From positions 320,001 to 384,000 of the forward strand of contig CAVPNL010000015.1 in assembly GCA_963706575.1 (NCBI GenBank): 64,000 bases of DNA, read 5' to 3'. This DNA comes from an uncultured delta proteobacterium (GTDB lineage Bacteria > Desulfobacterota > Desulfobacteria > Desulfobacterales > JAHEIW01). The notes below the pieces were generated by a model. The model did no database searches, was not told the origin of the DNA, and saw nothing but the letters and a program-made list of their open reading frames with translations. A program made the translations under genes and the position numbers. This document shows, one piece after another, positions 48,007 to 59,349 of this stretch (position 1 is the stretch's first letter; each line of letters starts with the position of its first letter).

Positions 48007-48114
48007 AATAGGATGACTCCGTCATCAAATTGAGGAATTGCGAATTGAGGAATCTAGGAATTAGAAAAAGACCCTAATTTTAATCCCTAAATTCCAAAAT
48101 ATTATAATTCGTTT

Positions 48115-48861
48115 TTATCCTGTCGCCGCCCCGCTTGAATCCCCGGCCTGGTAACGCATCGTCAGCGGTCGTGTTCTAAATTTGGGGACCAGGGTAACCA
48201 CCATCCCGGCAAAGGCACCAAAGGGACAGCGTTGAATAATTTTAAACTGTTCCAGGCTGGTCGCAATCTTTCCCGATTGCGACGGCAATTGACAGACGGT
48301 TCGCCAGGATATGGGGGTATGGCCAACGATCTTTCGAATCCGTTGCTTCAGTTCCCAGACACTGAAAAATTGAGCATGGTTAAAAATCGTTGAAGTAAAC
48401 ATGCCCTTTACGCGACGCTGGATGCCTTTGATGGCATAACGGTTTAAGACGCCGATAAAGATCCGATCCTTGGTCACCCTGCAGGCTTCCTCCAGTGCCT
48501 TTTGAGGGTCATCGACAAATTCCAGGGTGGTAAACAGACAGGTGTAATTAAACGAATTATCATCAAAAGGAAGGTCTTCGGCGTAACCGCGGTAAAGATC
48601 GGCCCGGTTGCCGACATTGCGAGATGCGATATCAAGCATATATGTGGAAGGATCCAGTCCGGTGACCAGCAGCTCCATCTCGAGAAAGGCCATCAGACTT
48701 GCCCCCGTTCCACATCCGATATCCAGTACGGATTCGCCACGCATGGGTTGCAGCAGGGTATGCATCAGATGGGTTTCAAGCGCTAAAGCTGTTTTTGTTT
48801 GCGGCTTTTGGAGCCATTGCTCGTAGGCAATGGCATCTTTGAAATCGAAGACATGGCCCAT
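48115..48861 (-). CDS. Class I SAM-dependent methyltransferase
   Basis: VLDIGCGTG, GLDPS, AEDLPFDDNSF. Confidence 0.9.
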   Translation of the reverse strand: MGHVFDFKDAIAYEQWLQKPQTKTALALETHLMHTLLQPMRGESVLDIGCGTGASLMAFLEMELLVTGLDPSTYMLDIASRNVGNRADLYRGYAEDLPFDDNSFNYTCLFTTLEFVDDPQKALEEACRVTKDRIFIGVLNRYAIKGIQRRVKGMFTSTIFNHAQFFSVWELKQRIRKIVGHTPISWRTVCQLPSQSGKIATSLEQFKIIQRCPFGAFAGMVVTLVPKFRTRPLTMRYQAGDSSGAATG

Positions 48862-48927
48862 GGGAGATAACTTAAGTAATAAATGTGAGTTTATCAAGAG
48901 TGAAAACGACACCTTGTCCGTCGGATT

Positions 48928-50433
48928 TTAAGTTGGTTCGGTCGGGGTGTCCGGCTCGGGCTTCTTGGCAGCCCGGGGAGATCGCTTCTTTTTCCGTTGC
49001 GGTCGTTTTTTGGGGACGGATTTTTCAGACTTTGTGGTGGTTTCGGTTTTAGTCGATTCGGAAGATTCGGGGCCAAAGCCGAAAAATGCGCCTGGAAACG
49101 AACGTGTCTTGGTTTTTTTTGACGGTGGCCGTGAATCGGTGCGCTGCTTTTCCCGATGCTGGCTCCGCTTTCGGCCGGATTTCCGGAGACTTGACCTGCG
49201 TCGGGAAGCGATCGGTCTTGAGGTGTCAGCGACAAACCAGTCGGTTCCAGGCCAGACCACGGGAATTTTGTATCCCAGCATTTCCTCCAAAGGCTCCAGA
49301 TGGTATACGTAGTCTTCACAGGCCAGCGCAAATGCCTTGCCGGTCTTGCCCGCCCTGGCGGTCCGACCGATACGGTGGATATAATTTTCAGAATCCTGGG
49401 GCAGATCGTAATTGATCACATGGCTGATATCTTCAACATGAATGCCGCGGGAGGCGACGTCGGTGGCGACCAGAATTTTGATCTGGCCCTTTTTGAATTG
49501 TTCCATCAGCCGAAACCGTTTGCGCTGGGGCAAATCGCCGGTGATTCTTTCAGCCGGCCAGGCATTGCCCTTAAGCTTGGTTGTCAGCCAATCAACGCCG
49601 ACCTTGGTATTTACAAAAATGAGCATCCGATTCCAGTCTTCTCTTTTCAGCAGACCCAGCAGCAGTTCTAATTTTTTCCCCGAACCGACATGAAACAACT
49701 GCTGCTCGATTCCCTCAACCGTTATGGTCTGAGGGGTAACCGATATAAACTCGGGCAGATTCATAAATTCATAAGTCAGCTCCATCACCCGATAAGAAAG
49801 CGTGGCCGAAAAGAGCATGGACTGGCGGGTATCATAGGGGGGGAGTTTGCGGAGCAAAAAGCGCATATCCTTTGTGAACCCCAGATCAAATAACCGATCG
49901 GCCTCATCGATAACCAACATTTTGATGCCTTCTGTTTTAAAAATGCCCTGCTTGAGGTAGTCAATGATACGCCCGGGGGTACAGATGACAATATCGGTTC
50001 CCCGGCGCAGGATATCCGCCTGACGTTTGTAATCGATGCCGCCGACAACTTCGGCGATCTTTAAATCCGCATGCCGGCACAGGGTGCGCGCTTCCTCGTA
50101 TATTTGGTGCGAAAGTTCCCGGGTGGGCGCAACGATAAGCGCTGCCGGCAGACGGGGATCGCGGTCAGAAAACGTCAAAATACGGGTAATGACGGTCACA
50201 AGAAAAGCCGCTGTTTTTCCGGTGCCGGTCTGCGCCTGGCCGGCAACATCAAGACCGCTCAACGAAATGGGAAGCGTTTGCTCCTGGATGGGTGTGCAGT
50301 AGACAAAACCGGCTTCCTTTAAAGCGGATTGTAAAGGCGCCGGCAAAGCGAACTCGTCGAATCGTTGTTCGGTTAAAAATTCAGGCTTTTCGGCCCGCGG
50401 GTGCGCTGCCGGAGATTCAGATGTCTCGGACAT
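48928..50433 (-). CDS. DEAD-box RNA helicase (RhlB-like)
   Basis: AQTGTGKT, PTREL, TPGR, DEAD, SAT, SRGIH, HRIGRTAR; basic disordered tail. Confidence 0.93.
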   Translation of the reverse strand: MSETSESPAAHPRAEKPEFLTEQRFDEFALPAPLQSALKEAGFVYCTPIQEQTLPISLSGLDVAGQAQTGTGKTAAFLVTVITRILTFSDRDPRLPAALIVAPTRELSHQIYEEARTLCRHADLKIAEVVGGIDYKRQADILRRGTDIVICTPGRIIDYLKQGIFKTEGIKMLVIDEADRLFDLGFTKDMRFLLRKLPPYDTRQSMLFSATLSYRVMELTYEFMNLPEFISVTPQTITVEGIEQQLFHVGSGKKLELLLGLLKREDWNRMLIFVNTKVGVDWLTTKLKGNAWPAERITGDLPQRKRFRLMEQFKKGQIKILVATDVASRGIHVEDISHVINYDLPQDSENYIHRIGRTARAGKTGKAFALACEDYVYHLEPLEEMLGYKIPVVWPGTDWFVADTSRPIASRRRSSLRKSGRKRSQHREKQRTDSRPPSKKTKTRSFPGAFFGFGPESSESTKTETTTKSEKSVPKKRPQRKKKRSPRAAKKPEPDTPTEPT

Positions 50434-50542
50434 AGTAATTTAGGTTTCTCCTAAAACGAGCGTTTCAAATTTTAAAAATGAGGAAAATTTTTTATTTTTA
50501 GGAATTCTATCGTTTTTGGTTTTTAAAATTTGGAACCCTTCG

Positions 50543-50646
50543 GGATTGCCGATCTTACCGCATCTACCGCGTCAGATGCCGTCCCGCATAGTCAACTATA
50601 GCGCAACGACATCTTCCTTGTAGCTGCGGCAACCTCGACAATCGCT
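50543..50646. repeat. Divergent ERIC-like hairpin
   Basis: GATTG.CGA...CCGCA.CTAC GCGTC AGATG...CATAG TCAA CTAT...CATCT TCCTT GTAG.TGCGG...TCGACAATC. Confidence 0.5.
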
Positions 50647-50822
50647 CAATTTAGGTTTTTCTGAGTATATAAACAGTCTCATATCGATTTTTTGCTCGGA
50701 GTGATTATATACTTTTAACAGGCTGTTTTGCAAGCAGTGAGAATTCTACTGTTTGAATTAAGTTACGTCGTATGCTAACAGAAGACGCGTTCTCTTCGCT
50801 CACGTCATATTGGAACAATGTT

Positions 50823-52052
50823 ATGAAAGAATTCTTCAAAGTTACAGATTTACAAACGGTTTTAGAATACCGTACAAAATTCCTACAGGTCAAGACCGAA
50901 AATATCCCGCTGGTGGAATCGGTTGGGCGCATACTGGCGGAAGATATGGTTGCCGATGATGATCTGCCGGACTTCCCGCGAGCCATTGTGGACGGCTACG
51001 CTGTTAAAGGCGCATCCACCTTTGGGTCCAGTGAAGGCAACCCCGCCTATCTAACGCTCAGCGGTAGCATCGCCATGGGAGAATCGCCGGAAATTGACGT
51101 TGGTCCCGGAGAAGCCGCTCAAATCGCCACCGGCGGAATGCTACCGCAGGGTGCGGACAGCGTGGTCATGATTGAACACACCGAAGCCATTGATGACTCC
51201 ACCATTGAAGTTTACCGCAGTGTCGCCCCCGGCCAGAACATGATTGCCATCGGTGAAGATATCAAAAAGCAAACGCGTGTCCTTTTGAAAGGACAAATGA
51301 TTCGCCCCCAGGAGGCAGGGCTTTTAGCCGCTCTGGGCAAACAGCAGGTTACCGTTTATCAAAAACCGCTCATCGGTATTATTTCCACCGGAGACGAAAT
51401 TGTGCCCATCAGCGAGACACCGAGTCGCGGACAGATACGCGATATCAATACGTACACGCTTTCGGGTCTGATTCACGACGCCGGAGCAGTGGCTGTCTCC
51501 TACGGAATCGTGCGTGATGATTTTAAAATCCTGTTTAAAAAATGCAAACTCGCACTTGAGCAGTGTGATATGATTTTAATTTCCGGTGGCAGTTCGGTCG
51601 GCGCGCGTGACTTTACGGTTGATGTTCTTTCAGACCTGCAGGATGCAAAAATCCTGGTTCACGGCATATCCATCTCACCCGGCAAACCTACCATCCTGGC
51701 AAAAGTCCAAAAAAAGGCGTTCTGGGGAATGCCCGGGCATGTGGTGTCGGCCATGGTTGTATTTTCAAGAGTGGTCAAACCGTTTGTCGAGCATCTTAGC
51801 GGACAAGTGGCTGGTCAGAAAAAAGAACTGCGGCTACAGGCCAAGCTAAGCAGAAATGTCGCTTCGCGGCAGGGTCGCATTGATTTTATCCGGGTTCAAC
51901 TTCGTCTTGTAGAAGGTCGGCTCTGGGCGGATCCGGTGCTTGGCAAATCCGGGCTTATCAGCACCATGGTCAAGGCCGATGGTCTGATTGAAATCGATAT
52001 CAATACCGAAGGGCTGGATAAAGGGGATCAGGTAGAGGTCATCCCGGTGTAA
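50823..52052 (+). CDS. moeA: Molybdopterin molybdotransferase
   Basis: GRILAED, DGYAV, IATGGMLP.GAD.VVMIE, STGDE, SGGSSVG, PGKP, GMPG. Confidence 0.93.
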   Translation: MKEFFKVTDLQTVLEYRTKFLQVKTENIPLVESVGRILAEDMVADDDLPDFPRAIVDGYAVKGASTFGSSEGNPAYLTLSGSIAMGESPEIDVGPGEAAQIATGGMLPQGADSVVMIEHTEAIDDSTIEVYRSVAPGQNMIAIGEDIKKQTRVLLKGQMIRPQEAGLLAALGKQQVTVYQKPLIGIISTGDEIVPISETPSRGQIRDINTYTLSGLIHDAGAVAVSYGIVRDDFKILFKKCKLALEQCDMILISGGSSVGARDFTVDVLSDLQDAKILVHGISISPGKPTILAKVQKKAFWGMPGHVVSAMVVFSRVVKPFVEHLSGQVAGQKKELRLQAKLSRNVASRQGRIDFIRVQLRLVEGRLWADPVLGKSGLISTMVKADGLIEIDINTEGLDKGDQVEVIPV

Positions 52053-52265
52053 ATTTATTATCTGGACCTACAAGTCTGTTGAGCCCAGCTTTAATAATTT
52101 CCTATCTGTTGGATTGGTTCGATTGGTTTTATTTGTTTGATTGGTTAAAAGAAGGAACAGAGTGCTTTTAACGAATTGAACCAATTCAACCAATAAAACT
52201 AATTAAACGGCTGTTTAACGTCTCAGAGATTAATTTTCAAATGAGCCAATAGTCAGGAATAAACA

Positions 52266-54194
52266 ATGACTTTTAAACGCAACGTCTATCTAAAAATGAA
52301 GACCCTGCAGGAAGCACGGGACATTCTTTTTCAAACGTTTGGGGATTTGCCGCCGCTGCCGGCTGAAAAAATTTCGGTTCCGGATGCCGTTGGCCGCGTT
52401 CTGGCGGAACCAGTCAATGCACGGCTATCATCACCGAACTTCCATCTGGCAGCCATGGACGGGCTGGCGGTAAAGGCTGAAATCACCTTTGGCGCAAGCG
52501 CTGCAGCACCCAGGGAGCTTGTCATCGATCGGGATGCCTTTTACGTCAACACGGGCCATGTCCTGCCGAAAGATACCGATGCGGTCATCATGGTCGAAAA
52601 TGTCAACGAACTGGATGAAGAACGCGTCGAGATCGAAGCACCGGCATTTCCATGGCAAAACGTCCGCAGGGTTGGAGAAGACATTGTCGCCACCGAGCTG
52701 CTTTTCCCGCAAAACCATGTCATCACACCTTATTGCGTGGGAGCCCTGTTGGCAGGCGGTGTGTTCAGCGTTGCGGTCAAATCAAAACCGAAAGTGCTGA
52801 TTATTCCCACCGGATCGGAACTGGTAGACTGGCGCAATCTCCAATTGCATGACTTTAAGCCGGGACAGGTGCTGGAAACCAATTCATTTGTTCTGGGTAA
52901 GCTGATTGAAAAGTGCGGGGGCACCTTCAGGCGCCACGAGATGGTCGTTGACGATACCGCTAAGATTAAACAGGCCCTAAAAAACGCCCTAAAAGAAGAT
53001 TATCAGTTGATCATGGTTCTGGGCGGATCTTCAGCCGGTTCTGAGGATTTCGCCAAAACAGCAATTGTGGATCTGGGTGAAATTAAAGTCCACGGGGTAA
53101 CCATTATGCCCGGCAAACCGGTTGTCATCGGAGCTGTGGAAAATAAGCCGGTCTTTGGCATTCCCGGTTACCCGGTGTCTGCCATTATTGCTTTTGAACA
53201 ATTTGTTCAACCCCTGTTATATGCGCTTCTGGGCCAACCTCATCCGCAAAAGGAAACCATCACGGTACAGCCGACCAAAAAGATCGCTTCCAAACTCGGG
53301 GTGGAAGAATTTTTGCGCGTAAAACTGGGTGAAGTGGGCGGCCGCATTGTCGCCACCCCGTTGCCCAGAGGGGCCGGCACCATAACATCCATTACCGAAG
53401 CCGACGGCATCATCCGCATACCGAATCACGTTGAGGGCATCAACGAAACCGAGAAAGTCTCCGCCGAACTGCTTCGTCCGCTTGCGGCCATTCGCCGAAC
53501 CATTGTTATCGTGGGAAGCCATGACAATTCCCTGGATGTGTTGGCTGACCAGCTTAAGGCCGGTCACAGTGAATTGACGCTGTCCTCGAGCCATGTGGGC
53601 AGCATGGGGGGGCTGATGGCGATTAAACGCGGCGTCTGCCATCTGGCCGGCACTCACCTTTTGGATACCGAAGACGGCTCCTATAACCGATCCTATCTTA
53701 AAAAATATCTGCCGGATACGGCTGTCAAACTCATCCATCTGGTTCAACGCGATCAGGGCCTGATTGTAAAGCCGGGCAATCCGAAGGAGATACATGGAAT
53801 TGAAGATATCGGCCGCAAGGACGTCAGCTTTATCAACCGGCAGGTAGGATCCGGCACCCGGATTTTACTGGACTACAAACTAAACCAGCTGGGCATTAAA
53901 GCGGATGCCATCAACGGTTATCAAAATGAAGAATTTACCCATATGGCTGTGGCAGTTTCTGTCCTCAGCGGATCAGAGGACACCGGCCTGGGGATTTATG
54001 CGGCAGCCAAAGCCCTGAATTTAGATTTCATCCCGGTGGTCACCGAGCAATATGACCTGGTGGTTCCCCAGGAATATTTCGAAACCGAACCGGTCCAAAT
54101 TCTGCTTGATATCATAAACAGCCCGGCGTTCAAACAACGGGTAGAGGCCCTGGGCGGGTACAGTACAAAAAATACAGGCGCTGTTATTTTATAG
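52266..54194 (+). CDS. MoeA fused to periplasmic-binding-protein-like domain (second MoeA paralog)
   Basis: MoeA motifs plus GSHD, VGSMGGL, GTHLLD, NRQVGSGTR, EEFTH. Confidence 0.92.
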   Translation: MTFKRNVYLKMKTLQEARDILFQTFGDLPPLPAEKISVPDAVGRVLAEPVNARLSSPNFHLAAMDGLAVKAEITFGASAAAPRELVIDRDAFYVNTGHVLPKDTDAVIMVENVNELDEERVEIEAPAFPWQNVRRVGEDIVATELLFPQNHVITPYCVGALLAGGVFSVAVKSKPKVLIIPTGSELVDWRNLQLHDFKPGQVLETNSFVLGKLIEKCGGTFRRHEMVVDDTAKIKQALKNALKEDYQLIMVLGGSSAGSEDFAKTAIVDLGEIKVHGVTIMPGKPVVIGAVENKPVFGIPGYPVSAIIAFEQFVQPLLYALLGQPHPQKETITVQPTKKIASKLGVEEFLRVKLGEVGGRIVATPLPRGAGTITSITEADGIIRIPNHVEGINETEKVSAELLRPLAAIRRTIVIVGSHDNSLDVLADQLKAGHSELTLSSSHVGSMGGLMAIKRGVCHLAGTHLLDTEDGSYNRSYLKKYLPDTAVKLIHLVQRDQGLIVKPGNPKEIHGIEDIGRKDVSFINRQVGSGTRILLDYKLNQLGIKADAINGYQNEEFTHMAVAVSVLSGSEDTGLGIYAAAKALNLDFIPVVTEQYDLVVPQEYFETEPVQILLDIINSPAFKQRVEALGGYSTKNTGAVIL

Positions 54195-54408
54195 CTGGCG
54201 TAATAGTCGATAATCACGCTAATCAGTGAAACTCAAACACAAGGCAGAGAGCAAAGCGCATAGGGCATAGCGTTTAGAATAAATGATGCTCCGCATAATG
54301 ATTCTACGCCATGCTCCATGCGCTATGCCCTTTGCTGTCGTTTAACGGGTTGATAATCAATTGATAATCGCCAGTTTTTAACATCCACAAAGCACAAAAC
54401 AGGTATGT

Positions 54409-55239
54409 ATGAATTCTAGCGAGGCGATTCTTTTGGGTATCATCCAGGGCCTGACCGAATTTTTACCGGTTAGCAGTTCGGGGCACCTGGTACTGTTTCA
54501 ACAACTGTTCGGGCTGAAGGAAGCCGAGTTGTTTTTCGATGTGTGCGTCCACCTGGGAACGCTGCTGGCGGTCATTGTTGTCTTTCACCGGGAAATACAG
54601 AATATAATAGCGGCGCTGTTGCGGCTTGTTTCTATAACAGCGAAAAAAGAAAAATTCTGGCAGCAGGTTGAATCCGACCCGGACTTAAAAATGGCTTTGC
54701 TTATCATCATCGGGTCCATTCCAACCGCGATCCTGGGGCTCATATTTCACAGTATCGCCGATAAGCTGTTTTCATCGCCGTTTTTCACCGGCCTGATGCT
54801 GATGGTAACCGGATTGCTTCTATGGCTAACCCGCCGTGCCAAAACCGGTGGAAAGGGACCGGACATCGAAGGTTTCTCCAGAACAAAAGCATTTATAATC
54901 GGAATTATACAAGGGCTGGCCATCATCCCCGGGCTTTCCAGATCGGGTTCTACGATCAGCATCGGCCTGTTGCTGGGTATCAACCGTGAAATAGCTGCCA
55001 GATATTCATTTTTACTTTCGATACCAGCCATTATCGGGGCCGGACTGCTGAGCCTTAAAGAGGGTCTATCTCAGACGGATTTGGCTATTCAGATTTCACT
55101 GTTGGGTGCCGCAACGGCAGCTCTTGTCGGTTACGGGGCTTTAAAAGTGCTGCTTCGTATGGTTAAAAAGGGGCATCTGTATGTGTTTGCACCTTACTGC
55201 TGGCTGGCGGGCATTCTGGCAATCGTTTTTAGCTGGTAG
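54409..55239 (+). CDS. uppP: Undecaprenyl-diphosphate phosphatase
   Basis: QGLTEFLPVSSSGH; PGLSRSGSTI; SFLLSIP. Confidence 0.95.
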   Translation: MNSSEAILLGIIQGLTEFLPVSSSGHLVLFQQLFGLKEAELFFDVCVHLGTLLAVIVVFHREIQNIIAALLRLVSITAKKEKFWQQVESDPDLKMALLIIIGSIPTAILGLIFHSIADKLFSSPFFTGLMLMVTGLLLWLTRRAKTGGKGPDIEGFSRTKAFIIGIIQGLAIIPGLSRSGSTISIGLLLGINREIAARYSFLLSIPAIIGAGLLSLKEGLSQTDLAIQISLLGAATAALVGYGALKVLLRMVKKGHLYVFAPYCWLAGILAIVFSW

Positions 55240-55241
55240 AC

Positions 55242-56423
55242 ATGAATTTAGGTGATAAAAAAATATTTGCCACACTTTTCTTTTCCATATTCGCCACCGT
55301 CACCGGGGTGGGAATTGTGGTGCCGCTGCTTCCGATTTACGCGCACGACTTAGGGGCCAGCGGCTTTTTTGTTGGATTGATTTTTGGCGCTTTTTCACTG
55401 GGGCGAATATTTTGCCTGCCATATTTTGGGCGCCTTTCAGACCTTAAAGGACGCAAGCCCCTGATCGTTCCCGGGCTTCTGGCGTATGCGGCCATCTCAT
55501 TGGGATTTGTTTTTTTCAAGGAGGTCAACGCCCTCATTATTCTGCGGTTTTTTCAAGGAATTGCCTCGGCCATGCTGATGCCCATCATTCAGGCCTATGT
55601 CGGTGATATTACACCTCCTGGAAATGAAGGATTCACAATGGGGCTGTTTAATATGTCCATGTTCTGCGGTTTAAGCATTGGACCATTATTGGGCGGTGTC
55701 ATCCATGACCGTTTCAGTCTTGAAACCGCATTTATCTGTATGGGAGTGCTGGCACTCATCGGGTTTTTATTATGTCTTTTTTTGCTGCCCCCAACCCGCT
55801 CTGAAAAAAATATCAGCAGCGGGAAATCACCTATCGAATGGAAGCAACTTTTCCTTGATCGGGACATCGCCAGCATATTTCTTTTCAGATTCTCCCATAT
55901 CCTGTGCATCGGAATTGTCTGGGCCTTCTTGCCGCTTTTTGCAAGATTAAAATTTTCATCTTCAAGTTCAGCCATCGGAATTTTAATCATGCTGGGTGTG
56001 CTCGTCAGCGGAGCGCTGCACGTCCCCATGGGACTACTGGCGGACAAACTGAGCAAAAAATGGATGGTGATTGCCGGCGGCTTGATCGTTGCGTGTGCCG
56101 TTTTTTCGTTTGAATGGGTCCAGGACTTCTGGGGACTGGTATGGGCCAGTATTTTTTTTGGAATCGGTGGGGGTATTGCCATGCCGGCCCTGATGGCCAT
56201 CGCAGTCGTTAAGGGCGGCGAAACCGATTCGATGGGATCGGTGATGGCAATTTTAACAATGGCCCACAGCCTGGGTATGCTTTGTGGATCCTTGATCGGC
56301 GGCATGATGATGGATGTGTATCAGCTGCGCGCTGCTTTCCCGCTGGGTGCGGCCGTTATGGCTGTAACCGTCGCTGTTTTTTTTGTCAGTACGCGTTCCC
56401 GCAGAAGATTATCGAATTGTTAA
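55242..56423 (+). CDS. MFS transporter (DHA1-like)
   Basis: GRLSDLKGRK motif A; LRFFQG; about 12 TM. Confidence 0.9.
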   Translation: MNLGDKKIFATLFFSIFATVTGVGIVVPLLPIYAHDLGASGFFVGLIFGAFSLGRIFCLPYFGRLSDLKGRKPLIVPGLLAYAAISLGFVFFKEVNALIILRFFQGIASAMLMPIIQAYVGDITPPGNEGFTMGLFNMSMFCGLSIGPLLGGVIHDRFSLETAFICMGVLALIGFLLCLFLLPPTRSEKNISSGKSPIEWKQLFLDRDIASIFLFRFSHILCIGIVWAFLPLFARLKFSSSSSAIGILIMLGVLVSGALHVPMGLLADKLSKKWMVIAGGLIVACAVFSFEWVQDFWGLVWASIFFGIGGGIAMPALMAIAVVKGGETDSMGSVMAILTMAHSLGMLCGSLIGGMMMDVYQLRAAFPLGAAVMAVTVAVFFVSTRSRRRLSNC

Positions 56424-56580
56424 ATTGACATCAATCATAGGTGCATTACATTAGAACAAAACAAGTTCGAGGCTTTGCCCCGATTGGAATGTTGGAATGT
56501 TTGAAAAATTCATGTCTCAAAAGCTACTTAGAATATTCATTCAGTTGTAGAAATTCCGAGACGTTTAAGTGGAAGAATCT

Positions 56581-57696
56581 ATGAGTACCAAACGGGATTA
56601 TTACGAAATTTTAAATGTCAACCGCAATGCCACCGACGACGAATTAAAAACAGCCTACCGCCAACTGGCACTAAAATACCACCCGGACCGAAATCCAGAC
56701 GACAAATCAGCTGAAGAAAAATTTAAGGAAGCGGCTGAGGCTTACGAGGTTCTGCGGGATTCGCAAAAGCGTTCTCTTTATGATCAATACGGCCATGCCG
56801 GGCTTGAAAATACCGGATTTCAAGGTTTCGGCGGCTTTGAGGATATTTTTTCAAGCTTTGGAGACATTTTTGAGGATTTTTTCGGTTTCACATCCCGGCG
56901 GTCCTCAAGGAGCCGGGCCATGCCCGGAGCCGATTTGCGATATGATCTGAGTCTGAACTTTATGGAAGCGGTTTCTGGAACGGAGACCGAAATTGAAATC
57001 GAAAAGCGGGAAATTTGTCCCGTCTGTAGCGGCAATGGCTGCGAAAAAGGCACCGAACCGGAAACCTGCCGGCATTGCAATGGTATCGGTCAAGTTTCCC
57101 GAAGTCAGGGATTCTTTACGGTCCGCACCACCTGTCCGACATGCCGCGGAAATGGCCAGATCATTGCGCATCCCTGTTCGAAATGCCGCGGCACGGGACA
57201 GGTGATGGCCAGCAAAAAAGTCGCGGTTAAAATTCCGGCCGGAGTTGATAACGGTTCCAGATTGCGGTTGACCGGCGAGGGCGAGCCCGGTGTCTATGGA
57301 GGTCCTCCCGGCGATCTCTATGTTTTCCTGTATGTGAAGCCCCATGAATTCTTCAAGCGCCGGGATACGGATATTATTTGTGAGGTCCAGATCTCTTTTG
57401 TCCAGGCCGCACTGGGTGATAAAATCAGTGTTCCGACCTTAAACGGCAACAAAAACCTCGAGATTCCAAAAGGGACTCAACCGGGTGACGTATTTTATTT
57501 CAACGGAAAAGGCATCCCGTCTTTAAGAACCCGCGGACGGGGTGACCAGATTATCCAGGTGGCAATTAAAACACCCACCCATCTGAGCAAAAAACAGGAA
57601 GCCATTCTAAAAGAATTTGCCGAGCTTGAAACAAAAAAACTTTCGAGTAAAATCAAGAATATCCTCAAAAAAGATTCCGGCAAAGCAGCCAACTAG
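56581..57696 (+). CDS. dnaJ: Chaperone DnaJ
   Basis: J domain with HPD, G/F region, four CxxCxGxG repeats, C-terminal domain. Confidence 0.96.
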   Translation: MSTKRDYYEILNVNRNATDDELKTAYRQLALKYHPDRNPDDKSAEEKFKEAAEAYEVLRDSQKRSLYDQYGHAGLENTGFQGFGGFEDIFSSFGDIFEDFFGFTSRRSSRSRAMPGADLRYDLSLNFMEAVSGTETEIEIEKREICPVCSGNGCEKGTEPETCRHCNGIGQVSRSQGFFTVRTTCPTCRGNGQIIAHPCSKCRGTGQVMASKKVAVKIPAGVDNGSRLRLTGEGEPGVYGGPPGDLYVFLYVKPHEFFKRRDTDIICEVQISFVQAALGDKISVPTLNGNKNLEIPKGTQPGDVFYFNGKGIPSLRTRGRGDQIIQVAIKTPTHLSKKQEAILKEFAELETKKLSSKIKNILKKDSGKAAN

Positions 57697-57906
57697 GATA
57701 TTTTGGATTGCGGATTGCGGATAGCGGATTTTGGATTTTACGATATTGACAATTACAGAACGAAATCAAATTCAGTTGATGCCCCAACTTGTTTCACCAT
57801 TATTCCACTATTCCATTTTTCCACTATGCCAATGACAAAGGGCAGCCTGATAATCTGATAACCATATGATTTTTTATTTTAAATACGAACATCATGGGTA
57901 GAGAAT

Positions 57907-58278
57907 ATGTATGAATTAAAAGTGGTGACCCGTTTTGCTGCGGCACACCAGCTAGCGATGGTCGGATCCAAATGTGAAAACATGCACGGCCACAACTGGA
58001 AAATCGAAGTCTATGTAACCGGTGATAAATTAAATGCCGGTGGCGTCCTGGTAGACTTCGGAGAGATCAAGGCCCATCTGGCCGGGGTGATGAAAAAATT
58101 GGATCACAAATTTTTAAACGAACTGGATTATATACCTGACGGAAAGCCCTCGTCGGAAAACATCGCCTATTTTGTTGCAACAGAGCTTCAATCCAAAATA
58201 GACAATTCCTCTGCCCGGATCAGCCGGGTTACCGCCTGGGAGTCCGATGATGCGTGTGCGACGTATGTCGTCGAGTGA
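57907..58278 (+). CDS. queD: 6-carboxy-5,6,7,8-tetrahydropterin synthase
   Basis: FAAAH, CENMHGHN, VDF, LDHKFLN, SSENIA, WES. Confidence 0.93.
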   Translation: MYELKVVTRFAAAHQLAMVGSKCENMHGHNWKIEVYVTGDKLNAGGVLVDFGEIKAHLAGVMKKLDHKFLNELDYIPDGKPSSENIAYFVATELQSKIDNSSARISRVTAWESDDACATYVVE

Positions 58279-58341
58279 TGATTCTGGGGTATATTTGTAA
58301 GTTAACAAGGTTTAAAACATCCGAGGCTTCAACTTGCTTTC

Positions 58342-58495
58342 TGGTTTCAGGTGTCGGGTGTCAGGTGTCAGAATTGATTGAGATGAAAATTCGACGGGTC
58401 AGATGCTGAACACTGAAACCTGAAACCTTCCTTTTCCTGAACCTGACACCTGAACACTGAACCCTTCCCTTTCCTGACACCTGACACCTGAAACC
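58342..58495. repeat. Heptamer (CCTGACA/CCTGAAA) tandem runs in inverted arrangement
   Basis: TGTCAGG repeats followed by CCTGAAC/CCTGACA repeats between convergent queD and pyrE. Confidence 0.75.
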
Positions 58496-58498
58496 TCA

Positions 58499-59059
58499 TT
58501 ATTTAAGTGTTTTGTACCGCTCCACCAGTTCATCCCGGGTGACAATACTGGATACATGCGCTACGTGCCGCCGGATGTTATCGATCCCGCCTTCCTGCCG
58601 ATCAACAAGAATAACGGCCCTGACAACTTCGAGCCCCTCGGAACGCGCTCGCTCGATAGCCTTAATCGTGGAGCCGCCGGTGGTGGCTACGTCATCGATA
58701 ATCGCCACCCGCTCACCCGGCTGAACATCACCCTCAATCCAGCGAATCATTCCATGATCTTTGCGGGTTTTGCGAATGGAAAACGCATTTATCGGCCTTG
58801 ACTTCAATTCGGAGGCAAAAGCGGTGGCGACCGCCAGAGGATCGGCCCCAAAGGTTAACCCACCAACTCCGGTCACATCGTCGTTTTTAATCTCCTCAAA
58901 TAACAGCTGTCCTGCCAGAAACATGCCCCGGGCGCAGAGGGTAACCGGTTTGCAATTCACATAAAATTGACTCATGCGGCCCGATACCAGTTTATAGATC
59001 GGCTCTTTGCTGTATTTAAAAGATTTTTTGCACAGCATATCGATCAATTCTGCTTTCAT
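58499..59059 (-). CDS. pyrE: Orotate phosphoribosyltransferase
   Basis: [43 protein letters not shown]. Confidence 0.94.
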   Translation of the reverse strand: MKAELIDMLCKKSFKYSKEPIYKLVSGRMSQFYVNCKPVTLCARGMFLAGQLLFEEIKNDDVTGVGGLTFGADPLAVATAFASELKSRPINAFSIRKTRKDHGMIRWIEGDVQPGERVAIIDDVATTGGSTIKAIERARSEGLEVVRAVILVDRQEGGIDNIRRHVAHVSSIVTRDELVERYKTLK

Positions 59060-59320
59060 TACGACTGCTCCTGTATCAGAATGTTGAGGATGTAAAAATT
59101 AAACTTTGAGCAAAACCATGAACTCAAAAATATTCATACCACGAAAGCACCAAAATATAAAAACACGAAATTCCATTCAGCGAGTAAACTAATTCGCTTT
59201 CTTTATTTTTCGTGCTTCCACTATTTCGTTTTTTCGGGGATATTTTGCTTTTTTTTAAATACCCACATATTGTATTGCTCAAATCTGCAAATTCGATTGG
59301 ATCCGTTTATCAAGAAAACA

Positions 59321-59349
59321 TTGATTTTAACACCTTGTTTCGATATAAA
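59321..59349 (+). promoter_or_regulatory. Probable sigma70 promoter of tolC-ftsEX operon
   Basis: TTGATT-N17-TATAAA. Confidence 0.5.
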
